Below are positions 1 through 9,712 of a DNA stretch of 32,000 nucleotides, piece after piece. The notes under the pieces were generated by a model. That model worked only from the letters and a program-made list of their open reading frames with translations. It was not told where the DNA came from and did not search any database. The first letter of the stretch is position 1. Every line of letters begins with the position of its first letter. The stretch comes from Sulfurospirillum sp. (GTDB lineage Bacteria > Campylobacterota > Campylobacteria > Campylobacterales > Sulfurospirillaceae). The DNA lies in the NCBI GenBank assembly GCA_014859685.1, contig JACUTU010000001.1, positions 179,416 through 211,415 of the forward strand, given 5' to 3'. The position numbers were made by a program, and so were the translations under genes.

Positions 1-13
1 AGAATAAAAATTT

Positions 14-679
14 TCATAACATCGCCTTTACTTTTAACATATCTTCAAAAACATCTTTCTTTGCAGATGGATTTCGCAAAAGAAAGCTCGGGTGGTAAGT
101 TGGGATCAATTTTGCACCAGCAAATTCAAGCACTTCACCGCGAATTTTTGATATCGGTGTGTCGTATTCTCCTGTGAGATGATGAAAACTAGTCGCTCCT
201 AGTGCTACGATGATCTGCGGGGAGATGAGTTTAATTTGTTGCAATAAATAGGGTTTGCATTCGCCCACTTCCTCGGGTGTTGGCACTCTATTTTCAGGCG
301 GTCTGCATTTGATAACATTGGCAATATAAACATCTTTTCTTTGCAATTGCAAAACATTTTCGATGATTTTTGTAAGCAATTGCCCAGCTCTTCCTACAAA
401 TGGTTTGCCCATTTCATCTTCATTTGCTCCTGGTGCTTCGCCTATAAACATCACTTTTGCGTGTATATTACCCTCGCCAAAAACGGTATTTTTTCTATTT
501 TTTGCCAAATTACACAGATAGCAACCTTTAACGCTTTTTGCAATCGCTTCTAAATCATTGGATAGATAAGTTGTTGTTTCAAATTTTTTAGAGGGTTTAT
601 AATCATAAAAATACTCAAAACCCATTGCCCTATATTGATAAAGGAGCCGTAAAAATTTTATCTTGTCTGTTTTATTCAT
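14..679 (-). CDS. Family 4 (Fe-S type) uracil-DNA glycosylase
   Basis: 221-aa ORF. It carries the family-4 UDG motif '[27 protein letters not shown]' and the C-terminal '[11 protein letters not shown]' motif. Cys residues (CYLC ... C ... C) are positioned like the 4Fe-4S ligands. It is the last gene of a three-gene minus-strand block. Confidence 0.88.
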   Translation of the reverse strand: MNKTDKIKFLRLLYQYRAMGFEYFYDYKPSKKFETTTYLSNDLEAIAKSVKGCYLCNLAKNRKNTVFGEGNIHAKVMFIGEAPGANEDEMGKPFVGRAGQLLTKIIENVLQLQRKDVYIANVIKCRPPENRVPTPEEVGECKPYLLQQIKLISPQIIVALGATSFHHLTGEYDTPISKIRGEVLEFAGAKLIPTYHPSFLLRNPSAKKDVFEDMLKVKAML

Positions 680-722
680 TTGGTGATTGTATCAAAAGGT
701 CGTTTAAAGATTGTAGTGACTC

Positions 723-1553
723 TTAGAGAAGAGTCACTTTTGCTTTGTGTTTGTCAAATTGAAGTTGCTCTTTCTCTCCAAGTGCGAGAAGTATAACCTG
801 AGAGAGGTTGAGAATAGGAAGCGCAATATCTCTACCTACAACTTTTTCGATAGCTTTTTGATTTACATCAAACATAAAAAACGAATTGATGTCATTTACG
901 AGTATGAAATCAGCACCATGGTCAAAAGCATCAAGGAGAAAAACTCCTGAAAGATTGTATGCGACGCTTTGTGCGATGCTGTAGATCTCAAATCCATCAC
1001 TGCCATAAGCACTCTGGATTTTGACATTTTTTGCATCAATAAGTGATACAAGAGTATCGCATATATCTCTTTGCATAAATTGTGCTAATCTTGCGTCACT
1101 TGAACCTCTAAAAACAGTGCAATAAAACTCACCAAAAGATGATTTTACAAGAGATTTTAATTGCTTGAGCCCGACTATATCGTGGAGAATTTCGGTGATA
1201 TACATAACTTTGGTATCCAAGTTAACAGGCATTGCAAGCTCTTTTTCTACTAAAGCTTTGAGCTTATTATCGGCTGTGAGTTCTTGCTTTGTGAGGCACA
1301 ATGAGAGGTATGAACTCTCATCAACACAGATGATATCTTGTGCGTTTTTGCTAGCTAATGTTAGATTAAAAGCATTGTTTGTGTGAAATTTTAGATCATT
1401 ATATGCTTTTACAGCAAGACCCAAATCTTTTTTAAATCCATCATTGAGTGTAAAATTGATCTGGAGTTTTGTGAGTAAAAGTTTGGCAGTTTCAGTAAAA
1501 TTTAGTGCAGGAGTTGAGAGTTTATCAAATAAAACATAATTTTTCATGGTCAT
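723..1553 (-). CDS. Hypothetical protein, LutA/GlpC/HdrB-like (two degenerate CCG-type domains, cysteines lost)
   Basis: 276-aa ORF. By eye it aligns along its length with LutA (YkgE)-type two-CCG-domain proteins: 'DIICVDESSYLSL' vs 'PIISPAGSCTYAV', 'FILVNDINSFFMF' vs 'YLIGADVSCLLNI', 'LPILNLSQVIL' vs 'VKVMHIAEVL'. The CCG motifs are replaced ('DLGLAV', 'GSDGFE') and only 4 scattered Cys remain. The ATG at 1547 (AGGAA 6 nt upstream) is an alternative start. Confidence 0.5.
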   Translation of the reverse strand: MTMKNYVLFDKLSTPALNFTETAKLLLTKLQINFTLNDGFKKDLGLAVKAYNDLKFHTNNAFNLTLASKNAQDIICVDESSYLSLCLTKQELTADNKLKALVEKELAMPVNLDTKVMYITEILHDIVGLKQLKSLVKSSFGEFYCTVFRGSSDARLAQFMQRDICDTLVSLIDAKNVKIQSAYGSDGFEIYSIAQSVAYNLSGVFLLDAFDHGADFILVNDINSFFMFDVNQKAIEKVVGRDIALPILNLSQVILLALGEKEQLQFDKHKAKVTLL

Positions 1554-1556
1554 TTC

Positions 1557-2234
1557 CTAGTGTGTGGCGTGTGATTGTGAAAGTTTTTCAACATAAGTAT
1601 TGCATAGTGGTATTTCTTGGATGATAAGATTTTTCAACTTTTCTATCTTTGTTTGTAAAGAAAGATCTTTGTTAAAAAGTTTGTTTGAGATATCAATATG
1701 ATGCCAGATTCCATTTTCTTCGCAAGCGATGGCTTGGAGGATTTGTTCTTTTCTTTGCGGGTATTTTTCAATCATTTCGTATGCAAAAGCAAAAAGAGCA
1801 TCGCCCATGTATTGATCATTGTATTTGAGTATATCGGAGGCATAGTATTCGTTGATAAAACTATCGTAGATTTTTTTGTCGCTTGATTCTATAAAAGCAT
1901 CTAAGATGTCAAATTTGTCGATAAAATCTTGGCTGTTGATGCACAAATCTTTTATGGCTCTTTTTGTGCTGAGTGGCTCACATGTAAGCTCTCTACCCAA
2001 AGAAGCCACAACTGTTGCAACTTTTTCATTTGTAAAAAGAGCAAGCCCATTGATTTTGATGCCGGCATTTTTGCCTATCGGATATTCAAATGCTTTTTCA
2101 TCGTCTTTAATCGTTTCTAGCATATCTGAGATAAGTTTTTCCCCATCAATTTTGAGTGTGATTTTTTTATAATATGGCAAATAGTCTGTTTTTGCATTAA
2201 AACGAAATACACTCAGCATAATTTTATATTCCAT
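1557..2234 (-). CDS. Hypothetical protein, SdhB/FrdB-like fold lacking all Fe-S cluster cysteine motifs
   Basis: 225-aa ORF. The N-terminus 'IMLSVFRFNAKTDYLPYYKKITLKID...MLETIKDD...GIKINGLAL' follows the SdhB/FrdB 2Fe-2S ferredoxin-like domain pattern. The C-terminal 'ILQAIACEENGIWHH' resembles FrdB 'MAQLNSQNGVWSC'. There is no CxxCxxCxxxCP or Cx4Cx2C motif, only 4 isolated Cys. It sits 3 bp upstream of the LutA-like ORF. Confidence 0.5.
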   Translation of the reverse strand: MEYKIMLSVFRFNAKTDYLPYYKKITLKIDGEKLISDMLETIKDDEKAFEYPIGKNAGIKINGLALFTNEKVATVVASLGRELTCEPLSTKRAIKDLCINSQDFIDKFDILDAFIESSDKKIYDSFINEYYASDILKYNDQYMGDALFAFAYEMIEKYPQRKEQILQAIACEENGIWHHIDISNKLFNKDLSLQTKIEKLKNLIIQEIPLCNTYVEKLSQSHATH

Positions 2235-2369
2235 GTCCGTATACTCCTTGAAATAGTTGAAAAAATTAGTGTACTGAAACTTTACTTAAGATATATTTTA
2301 TCTTGTGATTTTTCATAGGCACTTTCGGTATAATAGCGGAGCAAAATAATATTTTTATGATAACAAGGT

Positions 2370-3191
2370 GTGCGTGTGGATAAAGAGGCCTATTTTATAT
2401 CAAAATTCAATGATCAACAGATAGGTGATGATGGCGCTGTTTTGGATGGCTTGGTGTATAGTAAGGATCTTTTTTGTGAAGATATACATTTTAAGCGATC
2501 GTGGATGCGTTTAGAACAAATTGCAAAAAAAAGTATGCTTGTTAATATCTCAGATGCCATTGCCATGAATGCAACGCCATTGTACGCACTTATCGGTATT
2601 GTTATACCAAAGCATTTTTCACACAAAGATTTAGAGGCACTTGCTCTTGGGTTCAATGAAGCTGCAAATGCTTTTGACCTGCGTATCATAGGCGGCGACA
2701 CAACTAGCGGTAAATCACTGATGATTAGCGTAACTATTATTTCAAAATCAAAAAAACCATTGTATCGAAGTGGTATCAAAAAAGGTGAACTTTTAGCATA
2801 TACAGGTAAAATTGGAGAAAGTAAAAAAGGGCTGAAAACGCTTTTGCGTGGTGGAAAACTTGGTGCAAATTCGCGTTTTATAACACCACAACTGCGACAA
2901 AATTTTATAAAAGAAGCCGCAAACTACATCAACCACGGACTCGATATCTCTGATGGACTCTCTAAAGACCTTTCAAGGTTGTGTGCAAAAAAAGTTGGTG
3001 TACAGTTTACGCAAAAATTGAGCAAAAATGAACTGTGTAGTGGCGAAGAATACGAAATGCTTTTCTCTTTTGATAAACGGCACAAACACAAAATAGCAAG
3101 TATCGCTAAAAAACACAGAGTAAAACTCAATATATTTGGCTACACTTGCACAGGCAAATACCAATGTAGATGCCACGAAAATCATTTTTAG
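2370..3191 (+). CDS. thiL: Thiamine-monophosphate kinase
   Basis: 273-aa ORF with AIR-synthase-like ThiL motifs: 'IGDDGAVL', 'DAIAMNATPLYALIGIVIP', 'IIGGDTT', 'GLDISDGL'. The start is GTG 2370 or GTG 2376. Confidence 0.85.
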   Translation: MRVDKEAYFISKFNDQQIGDDGAVLDGLVYSKDLFCEDIHFKRSWMRLEQIAKKSMLVNISDAIAMNATPLYALIGIVIPKHFSHKDLEALALGFNEAANAFDLRIIGGDTTSGKSLMISVTIISKSKKPLYRSGIKKGELLAYTGKIGESKKGLKTLLRGGKLGANSRFITPQLRQNFIKEAANYINHGLDISDGLSKDLSRLCAKKVGVQFTQKLSKNELCSGEEYEMLFSFDKRHKHKIASIAKKHRVKLNIFGYTCTGKYQCRCHENHF

Positions 3192-3199
3192 GATTTGAG

Positions 3200-4288
3200 A
3201 TGAAACGATTATTTTTTTTAAATCATGCTGCCATTGATGTGCTTTTTACAAAAAATTCTAGCGACTTTGTTGTTAGCGAAATTCCTCTGTATGAGTGGAG
3301 TGGGGAAGGTGAGCATCTCATCTTACATGTAAGAAAAAAAGACCTTACAACTTGGCAAATGATTCAAAAGTTGAGTGAGTTTTGTGGGGCAAAAACTCGT
3401 GATTTTGGTTATGCTGGACTCAAAGATAAAGATGGTATGACTACGCAGTTTGTGTCGGTGCATAAAAATTTTGAGCAAAAACTTGAAAATTTCAGCGATA
3501 CAAATATCAAAATTCTTTCAAAAAATTACCACAACAACAAAATCCGCACAGGGCATCTTAAGGGGAATAGATTTTTTATCCGTCTCAAGCGAGTGAGCAA
3601 TATAGATGCACAAAAACTCACAAGCGCCATAAAAACACTTACGAAAGAGGGTATGCCGAATTTCTTTGGATATCAAAGATTTGGTCGTGAGGGCGATAAT
3701 TTTACCATTGGTTTGGATATCTTGAGTGGTAAAAGAAAAGAGCGAAATCGTAAAATGCATGATTTTTTTATCAGCGCATATCAAAGTCATCTTTTTAATT
3801 TGTGGCTTTCAAAACGCCTTGAAATAGGGCATCTTGTGGCTGGTTTTGATGTAAAAGATGCGGCAGTTGCGCTTGGGTTTGATAAAGATCTTATCAAAAA
3901 TCTCAAAGCACAAAAGCACTTTTTAAAACTATTTGAAGGTGATGTGCTTAACCATTATCCTCATGGAAAACCTTTTATTTGTGATGATTTGACTGCTGAA
4001 TTGGAACGATTTGAGAAAAAAGAGATCACGCTTACGGGCTGGCTACCTGGAGGGCGGAGTATGCAAAGCGTAGGTTTTGCAAACACTTTGGAAGAAAATA
4101 TCTATGCACAAGCGATGCCATATCTTGCAAAAATGGATGGAGCGCGAAGATTTGCGTGGGTGTATCTTGAAGATGTTGAGTATGTTTATAAAGAAGAAGA
4201 TGCATGGTTTGAAATGCACTTTAATTTGCCAAAAGGCTCGTATGCTACGGTTGTTTTAGAGGAATTAACACACTCTTTGAACAATTAA
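3200..4288 (+). CDS. truD: tRNA pseudouridine(13) synthase TruD
   Basis: TruD motifs are present: 'FVVSEIP', 'GLKDKDGMTTQ' (catalytic Asp region), 'PNFFGYQRFG'. I chose ATG 3200 (AGGA upstream, just after the thiL stop) over the 3170 ORF start, which overlaps thiL. Confidence 0.85.
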   Translation: MKRLFFLNHAAIDVLFTKNSSDFVVSEIPLYEWSGEGEHLILHVRKKDLTTWQMIQKLSEFCGAKTRDFGYAGLKDKDGMTTQFVSVHKNFEQKLENFSDTNIKILSKNYHNNKIRTGHLKGNRFFIRLKRVSNIDAQKLTSAIKTLTKEGMPNFFGYQRFGREGDNFTIGLDILSGKRKERNRKMHDFFISAYQSHLFNLWLSKRLEIGHLVAGFDVKDAAVALGFDKDLIKNLKAQKHFLKLFEGDVLNHYPHGKPFICDDLTAELERFEKKEITLTGWLPGGRSMQSVGFANTLEENIYAQAMPYLAKMDGARRFAWVYLEDVEYVYKEEDAWFEMHFNLPKGSYATVVLEELTHSLNN

Positions 4289-4364
4289 GACAATTTAACT
4301 CTTATTTACTTTTTGTTGTATTATTCAGACTAAAATTATCCTAATTAAATTTAAAGGATTAAGT

Positions 4365-5801
4365 ATGTCTGAAAATCAAGTTGTAAATGATATTTTAGAT
4401 AAAGAGTATGCCTTAGGTTTTACCACCCAAATCGACTCAGACACGGCTCCAAAAGGGCTAGATAAAACTATTTTAGATTTTATATCTGCAAAAAAAGATG
4501 AACCACAATGGATGCTTGAGCGAAGATACAAAGCATTGGATATTTGGCAAAAAATGCAAGAGCCAAGTTGGGCAAATCTGGAGTATCCGCCTATAAATTA
4601 TCAAGATATCTCCTATTTTTCGGCTCCAAAGAAGAAATTAGATTCACTCGATGAGGTTGATCCTGAAATTCTTTCCACTTATGAGAAACTGGGTATTCCG
4701 CTAGAAGAGCAAAAAGTTTTAGCAGGAGTTGCTGTAGATGCTGTTTTTGATTCAGTTTCAGTAAAAACAACTTTTGAAAAGCAGCTCAAAGACAAAGGCA
4801 TTATATTTTGTTCCATCTCTGAAGCTGTGAAAAATAATAGAGATCTTGTAGAGCAATATCTTTTCTCGGTTGTTCCTATGAATGACAACTATTTTGCAGC
4901 GCTCAATGCCGCAGTTTTTACAGATGGCACTTTTGTCTATATTCCAAAAGGTGTGCGATGTCCAATGGAGCTTTCAACCTATTTTCGTATCAATGCTGTT
5001 GGAACTGGACAGTTTGAGCGAACGCTTATTATCGCTGATGAGGGCTCGTATGTATCGTACAATGAGGGCTGTTCGGCACCAACAAGAGATGAAAACCAAC
5101 TCCATGCAGCAGTTGTGGAACTTATAGCACTTAAAGATGCGCAAATCAACTACTCTACAATTCAAAACTGGTATCCTGGCGATGAAAATGGCAAAGGTGG
5201 TATCTACAATTTTGTTACTAAAAGAGGCATCTGCAAAGGTGCAAACGCAAAGATCTCATGGACACAGGTAGAAACAGGCTCTGCCATCACTTGGAAATAC
5301 CCAAGTTGTATTTTAGCAGGTGATAATTCTGTTGGAGAATTTTATTCTATAGCAGTTGCTTCAAGAGCGCAACAAGCAGATACTGGCTCAAAAATGATAC
5401 ATGTAGGCAAAAATACAAAATCTACAATCATCTCCAAAGGTGTTTCTGCAATGAGAGGCTTGAATGCGTATCGAGGAATGGTAAAAGTTGGCTCAAATGC
5501 AAAAGGCGCCAGAAACTTTACACAGTGCGATTCGCTTATCATCGGTGCTAACGCTAGAGCACACACTTATCCATATATTGATGTTCACAATGCAAGTGCA
5601 AATGTAGAGCATGAAGCAACCACTTCAAAGATCAGTGATGAGCAGCTTTTTTACTTGATGCAACGAGGCTTAAGGGAAGAAGATGCTGTAAGTATGATCG
5701 TCAATGGTTTTTGTAAAGAGGTGCTTGGTAAATTACCGATGGAATTTGCGATGGAAGCTAGAGAACTACTCAATGTTACCCTTGAGGGAAGCGTCGGCTA
5801 A
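4365..5801 (+). CDS. sufB: Fe-S cluster assembly scaffold protein SufB
   Basis: 478-aa ORF with a typical SufB sequence ('[23 protein letters not shown]', '[20 protein letters not shown]'). RBS AAAGGA. First gene of the suf operon. Confidence 0.95.
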   Translation: MSENQVVNDILDKEYALGFTTQIDSDTAPKGLDKTILDFISAKKDEPQWMLERRYKALDIWQKMQEPSWANLEYPPINYQDISYFSAPKKKLDSLDEVDPEILSTYEKLGIPLEEQKVLAGVAVDAVFDSVSVKTTFEKQLKDKGIIFCSISEAVKNNRDLVEQYLFSVVPMNDNYFAALNAAVFTDGTFVYIPKGVRCPMELSTYFRINAVGTGQFERTLIIADEGSYVSYNEGCSAPTRDENQLHAAVVELIALKDAQINYSTIQNWYPGDENGKGGIYNFVTKRGICKGANAKISWTQVETGSAITWKYPSCILAGDNSVGEFYSIAVASRAQQADTGSKMIHVGKNTKSTIISKGVSAMRGLNAYRGMVKVGSNAKGARNFTQCDSLIIGANARAHTYPYIDVHNASANVEHEATTSKISDEQLFYLMQRGLREEDAVSMIVNGFCKEVLGKLPMEFAMEARELLNVTLEGSVG

Positions 5802-5827
5802 AACTATAAAATTTAAAGGAATATAAA

Positions 5828-6583
5828 ATGTTACATGTAAAAGATTTAAAAGTTGCGATCGATAACCAGACTATACTTGATGGACTCAATCTTGATATAA
5901 AAAAAGGTGAAGTGCACGCGATTATGGGTCCAAATGGCGTTGGCAAATCAACGCTTGCGAAAGTGATCTCAGCCCATCCTGCTTATGAGGTTTTAGGCGG
6001 TAGCATTCATTATAAAGGGCAAGACATCTTAGCTATGGATGTTGCGCAAAGAGCTTTAGAGGGGATTTTTTTGGCATTTCAAGCACCTATCGAAATCCCT
6101 GGGGTAAACAATATGTATTTTTTGAAACAAGCTTACAATGCAAAACGAGCAAAGCAGGGGCTTGACGAGATGAGTGCAGTTGATTTTTTGAAACTTGTCA
6201 AAGAAAAAACAGCAAAACTTGGTATAAAAGCAGATGTATTTAAACGAGATCTCAATGTTGGTTTTTCAGGCGGTGAAAAGAAACAAAATGAGATGTTGCA
6301 GATGAGTATCTTGGAGCCTGAACTTTTTTTACTCGATGAAATTGATTCTGGATTGGATGTGGATGCCCTAAAAAGTGTAGCACAGGGAGTCAATAAGCTT
6401 TTGGATAAAAATCGCAGTGTTTTGCTTATCACGCACTACCAACGAATGCTTGAATATATCCAACCTGATTTTGTACATATACTTCACAACGGTCGTATCG
6501 CTAGAAGTGGCGATATATCACTTGCGAGGGAGATCGAGAAAAATGGCTATGCAATGCTTGAAGATGTAAGGAGTGTTTCATGA
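5828..6583 (+). CDS. sufC: Fe-S cluster assembly ATPase SufC
   Basis: 251-aa ABC ATPase. Walker A 'GPNGVGKST', signature 'FSGGEKK', Walker B 'LFLLDEIDSGLD'. It lies between sufB and sufD. Confidence 0.95.
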   Translation: MLHVKDLKVAIDNQTILDGLNLDIKKGEVHAIMGPNGVGKSTLAKVISAHPAYEVLGGSIHYKGQDILAMDVAQRALEGIFLAFQAPIEIPGVNNMYFLKQAYNAKRAKQGLDEMSAVDFLKLVKEKTAKLGIKADVFKRDLNVGFSGGEKKQNEMLQMSILEPELFLLDEIDSGLDVDALKSVAQGVNKLLDKNRSVLLITHYQRMLEYIQPDFVHILHNGRIARSGDISLAREIEKNGYAMLEDVRSVS

Positions 6584-7782
6584 AATTAACACAATTAAAC
6601 ACCTTGGCTACCGATAAAGTTGTGGCACATTTTGATTTTGCTAAAAATGATGTTACGCATTTGCGTATCGAAGCACTTGAGCGATTTAAAGCACTTGGAT
6701 TGCCTATGGCAAAACATGAAATATTTGGCAAAACTGGCGTGCGGACTATCTATGATGTGGATTATCTCAAAGATTTTAAAGTTGGATGCCATTGTGAAAT
6801 TCCGAAAAGTGATAATTATCGCATAGTTTTTCGAAAAGGATTTTTTTCACCACTACAATCCTCTTTACCAGATTGTGTAAAGGTTCGTTTTGAAACCCAT
6901 CCGCAGCTTGAAAATGAGAGTAAAAACCCTTTTTATCTGCTCGCTTTTGCCCTCAATCGAAATTTTTATAAGATAGAAATAGAAGCTGATGTACACTTGG
7001 AAAAACCGATCGAAATCGTTTATGTAGACGAGATTCACGCTTCACAAAATCATATGCATGTGAGTGTATTTGTGGGCGAGGGTTCTAAAGTAGATATATT
7101 TGAACGCATTTTGATAGAAAGTGCAAGTTTTTTTAACCATACTTTAGCCTTACATGTAGCTACTCGTGCGCAAGTTTCACATGTACATGAACAAAATGCA
7201 CAAGCAGATACACACATCATCAGTAATTATCACTATTTTCAAGCTAAAGATACAAAAGCAAATATTTACGCATACGAAAAAGGTTCAAATCTTTCCATAA
7301 GCGTTTGGGACATCTTCTTGCAAGGAGAAAATGCACAGATGGATTTTGTGGCATTGCAATTGCCTACACAAGAACAGCATCTCAGTACGATTATAGATTT
7401 ACACCACGACGCACCAAATACAAAGAGTTCACAGCTCATTAAACAAGTTATCAATGACGCAGCAAAAGGCGTTGTGGATGCTAAAGTTGTTGTTTCAAAA
7501 AATGGAGCCGGTACCAAATCTTCACAACTATGCAACTCGCTTATTCTCAGTGATCAAGCGCAGGTGCAGTCATTTGTAAAACCACAATTGGAGATCTTCA
7601 TTGATGATCTTGAAGCAAGCCATGGCGCTACTGTGGGGAGTTTAGATGAAGATCAGATTTACTATCTTATGTCACGAGGAATACATTATGAGCGCGCAAG
7701 AGAACTACTTATCGACGCATTTAGCAAACAAGCCTATGAGCGATTTCCGCAATACGCAAGAGAGTTTATCGGTGCAAAGTGA
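6580..7782 (+). CDS. sufD: Fe-S cluster assembly protein SufD
   Basis: 400-aa ORF with ATGA start/stop overlap with sufC. SufB/SufD-family C-terminus ('HGATVGSLDEDQIYYLMSRGI'). Confidence 0.9.
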   Translation: MKLTQLNTLATDKVVAHFDFAKNDVTHLRIEALERFKALGLPMAKHEIFGKTGVRTIYDVDYLKDFKVGCHCEIPKSDNYRIVFRKGFFSPLQSSLPDCVKVRFETHPQLENESKNPFYLLAFALNRNFYKIEIEADVHLEKPIEIVYVDEIHASQNHMHVSVFVGEGSKVDIFERILIESASFFNHTLALHVATRAQVSHVHEQNAQADTHIISNYHYFQAKDTKANIYAYEKGSNLSISVWDIFLQGENAQMDFVALQLPTQEQHLSTIIDLHHDAPNTKSSQLIKQVINDAAKGVVDAKVVVSKNGAGTKSSQLCNSLILSDQAQVQSFVKPQLEIFIDDLEASHGATVGSLDEDQIYYLMSRGIHYERARELLIDAFSKQAYERFPQYAREFIGAK

Positions 7783-7783
7783 G

Positions 7784-8959
7784 ATGATCAGAGATGATTT
7801 TGCTTTTTTTAACCATAGTGATCTTGTGTATCTTGATAGTGCTTCAACAACACAAAAGCCAAAAAGTGTATTGGAGGCCATGGATGCGTACAATACACAG
7901 TATTGTGCCAATATCCATAGAAGTTCACACGGTCTTGGTAACGCAGCAACTAGCAAATACGAAACAGCAAGAGAAATTATAGGAAAGTTCTTACATGTAG
8001 GCGATAAGAGTGAGATAATTTTTACTAAAGGTGTCACCGAGGGAATCAATCTTGTGGCGCAATCTTATGCAAAAGAGCATGCAAGTTGTGTTATCATCTC
8101 AGCTTTGGAGCATCATAGCAATATCTTGCCATGGCAGCAGATAAAAAAACCTTTACATGTAATACAAACAAAAGAAAATTTAACGCCAGATTTGGAGCAT
8201 TTTGAATCATTGCTTGCACAAAATCCAAACGCTCTTGTTGCATTGATTCACACTTCTAATGCTTTTGGTATCACGCATCCCATCAAAGAGATGATAGCTT
8301 TAGCACACCGTTATGGCGCAAAAGTGCTTATAGATGCAGCTCAAAGTGCTTCACATATGCCCATAAATATAAGCGATTTAGATGCTGATTTTTTAGTAAT
8401 CTCTGGCCATAAACTTTATGGACCCACAGGAATTGGTGCACTTTATATCAAAAAAGATTTGCATCCATTGTGCAACCCCTACCAAGTGGGTGGCGGAGCG
8501 ATAATGCAAGTTTTTTATGATCATACAGAGTATCTTCCGATTCCTTACATGTACGAATCAGGAACACCAAATATAGCGGGTGCCATCGGTTTTGGTGCGG
8601 CTATTGAGTATCTACAAAGCGTAGGATATGCGTATATTGCAAAGCATGAGCAAAACATCATCGCTTATGCACTTGAACAATTATCGCAGATAGAAGATAT
8701 ACTATTTTATACGCAAGTTGCAAGCATGCAAAGCAATATCAGCTTTAATATATCAAACATTCATCACCATGACCTTGGTATATTGCTTGATAAACAAAAA
8801 GTGCAAGTACGCGTTGGACATCATTGCGTGCAACCTACGATGCGATTTTTAGGTATCGATGGCACCGTGCGAGTGAGTGTTGGAATCTATACAAATAAGG
8901 CAGATATTGATCAATTTATCAAAGCATTAAAGCGATCGATCGCTATGTTAAAGGGCTAA
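7784..8959 (+). CDS. sufS: Cysteine desulfurase, SufS type (class II aminotransferase V)
   Basis: PLP-enzyme motifs are present: 'YLDSASTTQKP', 'SGHKLYGPTGIGALY' (PLP Lys), 'RVGHHCVQP' (active-site Cys loop). The start is set to ATG 7784, 1 nt after the sufD stop. The 7646 ORF start would overlap sufD by 137 nt. Confidence 0.9.
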   Translation: MIRDDFAFFNHSDLVYLDSASTTQKPKSVLEAMDAYNTQYCANIHRSSHGLGNAATSKYETAREIIGKFLHVGDKSEIIFTKGVTEGINLVAQSYAKEHASCVIISALEHHSNILPWQQIKKPLHVIQTKENLTPDLEHFESLLAQNPNALVALIHTSNAFGITHPIKEMIALAHRYGAKVLIDAAQSASHMPINISDLDADFLVISGHKLYGPTGIGALYIKKDLHPLCNPYQVGGGAIMQVFYDHTEYLPIPYMYESGTPNIAGAIGFGAAIEYLQSVGYAYIAKHEQNIIAYALEQLSQIEDILFYTQVASMQSNISFNISNIHHHDLGILLDKQKVQVRVGHHCVQPTMRFLGIDGTVRVSVGIYTNKADIDQFIKALKRSIAMLKG

Positions 8960-8961
8960 GT

Positions 8962-9372
8962 ATGCAAGAGAAATTAGAAAATTATATAGAAGAGTTATCA
9001 CTTTTTGATGATATCATGGATAAATATGAGTATATCATTGATTTAGGCAAAAGAGCCCCATCGTTGCGTGAGAATGAAAAAATCGATGAGTATAAAATCC
9101 AAGGATGCCAATCTTCTGTTTGGATTATCAAAGAACTTAGAGAGGGAAAACTTTACTTTAAAACAGATAGCGATACAGTAATCGTGCGTGGTTTAGCGCG
9201 AATTTTAGGCGATATTTTTGCAGCACATCTGCCTCAAGAAATCTTAAATTTTGATACAAAAGAGCTTGAAAAATTAGGCTTGCAAGAGATTATCTCACCT
9301 GTGAGACTCAATGGATTTACTTCTATGATCAACAAAATTTACCAATACGCAAAGGATGAAAACCGTGGATGA
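8962..9372 (+). CDS. sufE: SufE-like sulfur acceptor protein
   Basis: 136-aa ORF with the conserved SufE/CsdE 'YKIQGCQSSVWI' persulfide-Cys motif. It lies immediately after sufS. Confidence 0.85.
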   Translation: MQEKLENYIEELSLFDDIMDKYEYIIDLGKRAPSLRENEKIDEYKIQGCQSSVWIIKELREGKLYFKTDSDTVIVRGLARILGDIFAAHLPQEILNFDTKELEKLGLQEIISPVRLNGFTSMINKIYQYAKDENRG

Positions 9373-9688
9373 TAATGCCCTTAAAGAGATAGTTATAACC
9401 GCTTTAAAAACTGTTTATGACCCTGAATTGCCTGTTAATCTTTATGATATGGGGCTATTTTACAATATAGAATTTGGCGAAGCAAGTTCAGGCGGCAAAT
9501 CTTGTTTGATCACGATGACACTCACTTCTCCTGGATGTTCAGTTTCAGATACGCTTGTAGAAAATGTTTATGCGGTGACAAGAGAGATCAAACAACTTGA
9601 TGAAGTATATGTTGAACTCACATTCGAACCACCATGGGATCCTACTATGATGAGTGAAGAGGCACAGTTACATGTAGCAATGATGTAA
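9356..9688 (+). CDS. DUF59 / SufT-like Fe-S assembly protein
   Basis: 110-aa ORF with the MIP18/DUF59 pattern 'VYDPELPVNLYDMGL...MTLTSPGC'. It overlaps the sufE 3' end by 17 nt and is the last gene of the suf operon. Confidence 0.8.
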   Translation: MKTVDDNALKEIVITALKTVYDPELPVNLYDMGLFYNIEFGEASSGGKSCLITMTLTSPGCSVSDTLVENVYAVTREIKQLDEVYVELTFEPPWDPTMMSEEAQLHVAMM

Positions 9689-9700
9689 GCAATACTATGC

Positions 9701-9706
9701 TATAAT
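9701..9706 (+). promoter_or_regulatory. Candidate -10 box (TATAAT) for rnpB
   Basis: A perfect TATAAT sits 7 nt upstream of the inferred rnpB 5' end (the P1 helix starts at about 9713). Confidence 0.45.
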
Positions 9707-9712
9707 CCCGTC

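Noticed and set aside
2235-2369. Possible TPP riboswitch in the 135-bp region upstream of thiL
   Set aside because: I found no conserved THI-box elements (CUGAGA, or an ACCUGAUCUGGAUAAUGCCAGCG-like core). The region reads as a divergent promoter spacer, with TATAAT at 2329-2334.
7646-7783. Upstream extension of the sufS ORF (start at 7646) overlapping sufD by 137 nt
   Set aside because: The extension is just the alternative frame of the sufD 3' end. SufS homology begins at 'MIRDDFAFF' (ATG 7784), immediately after the sufD stop.
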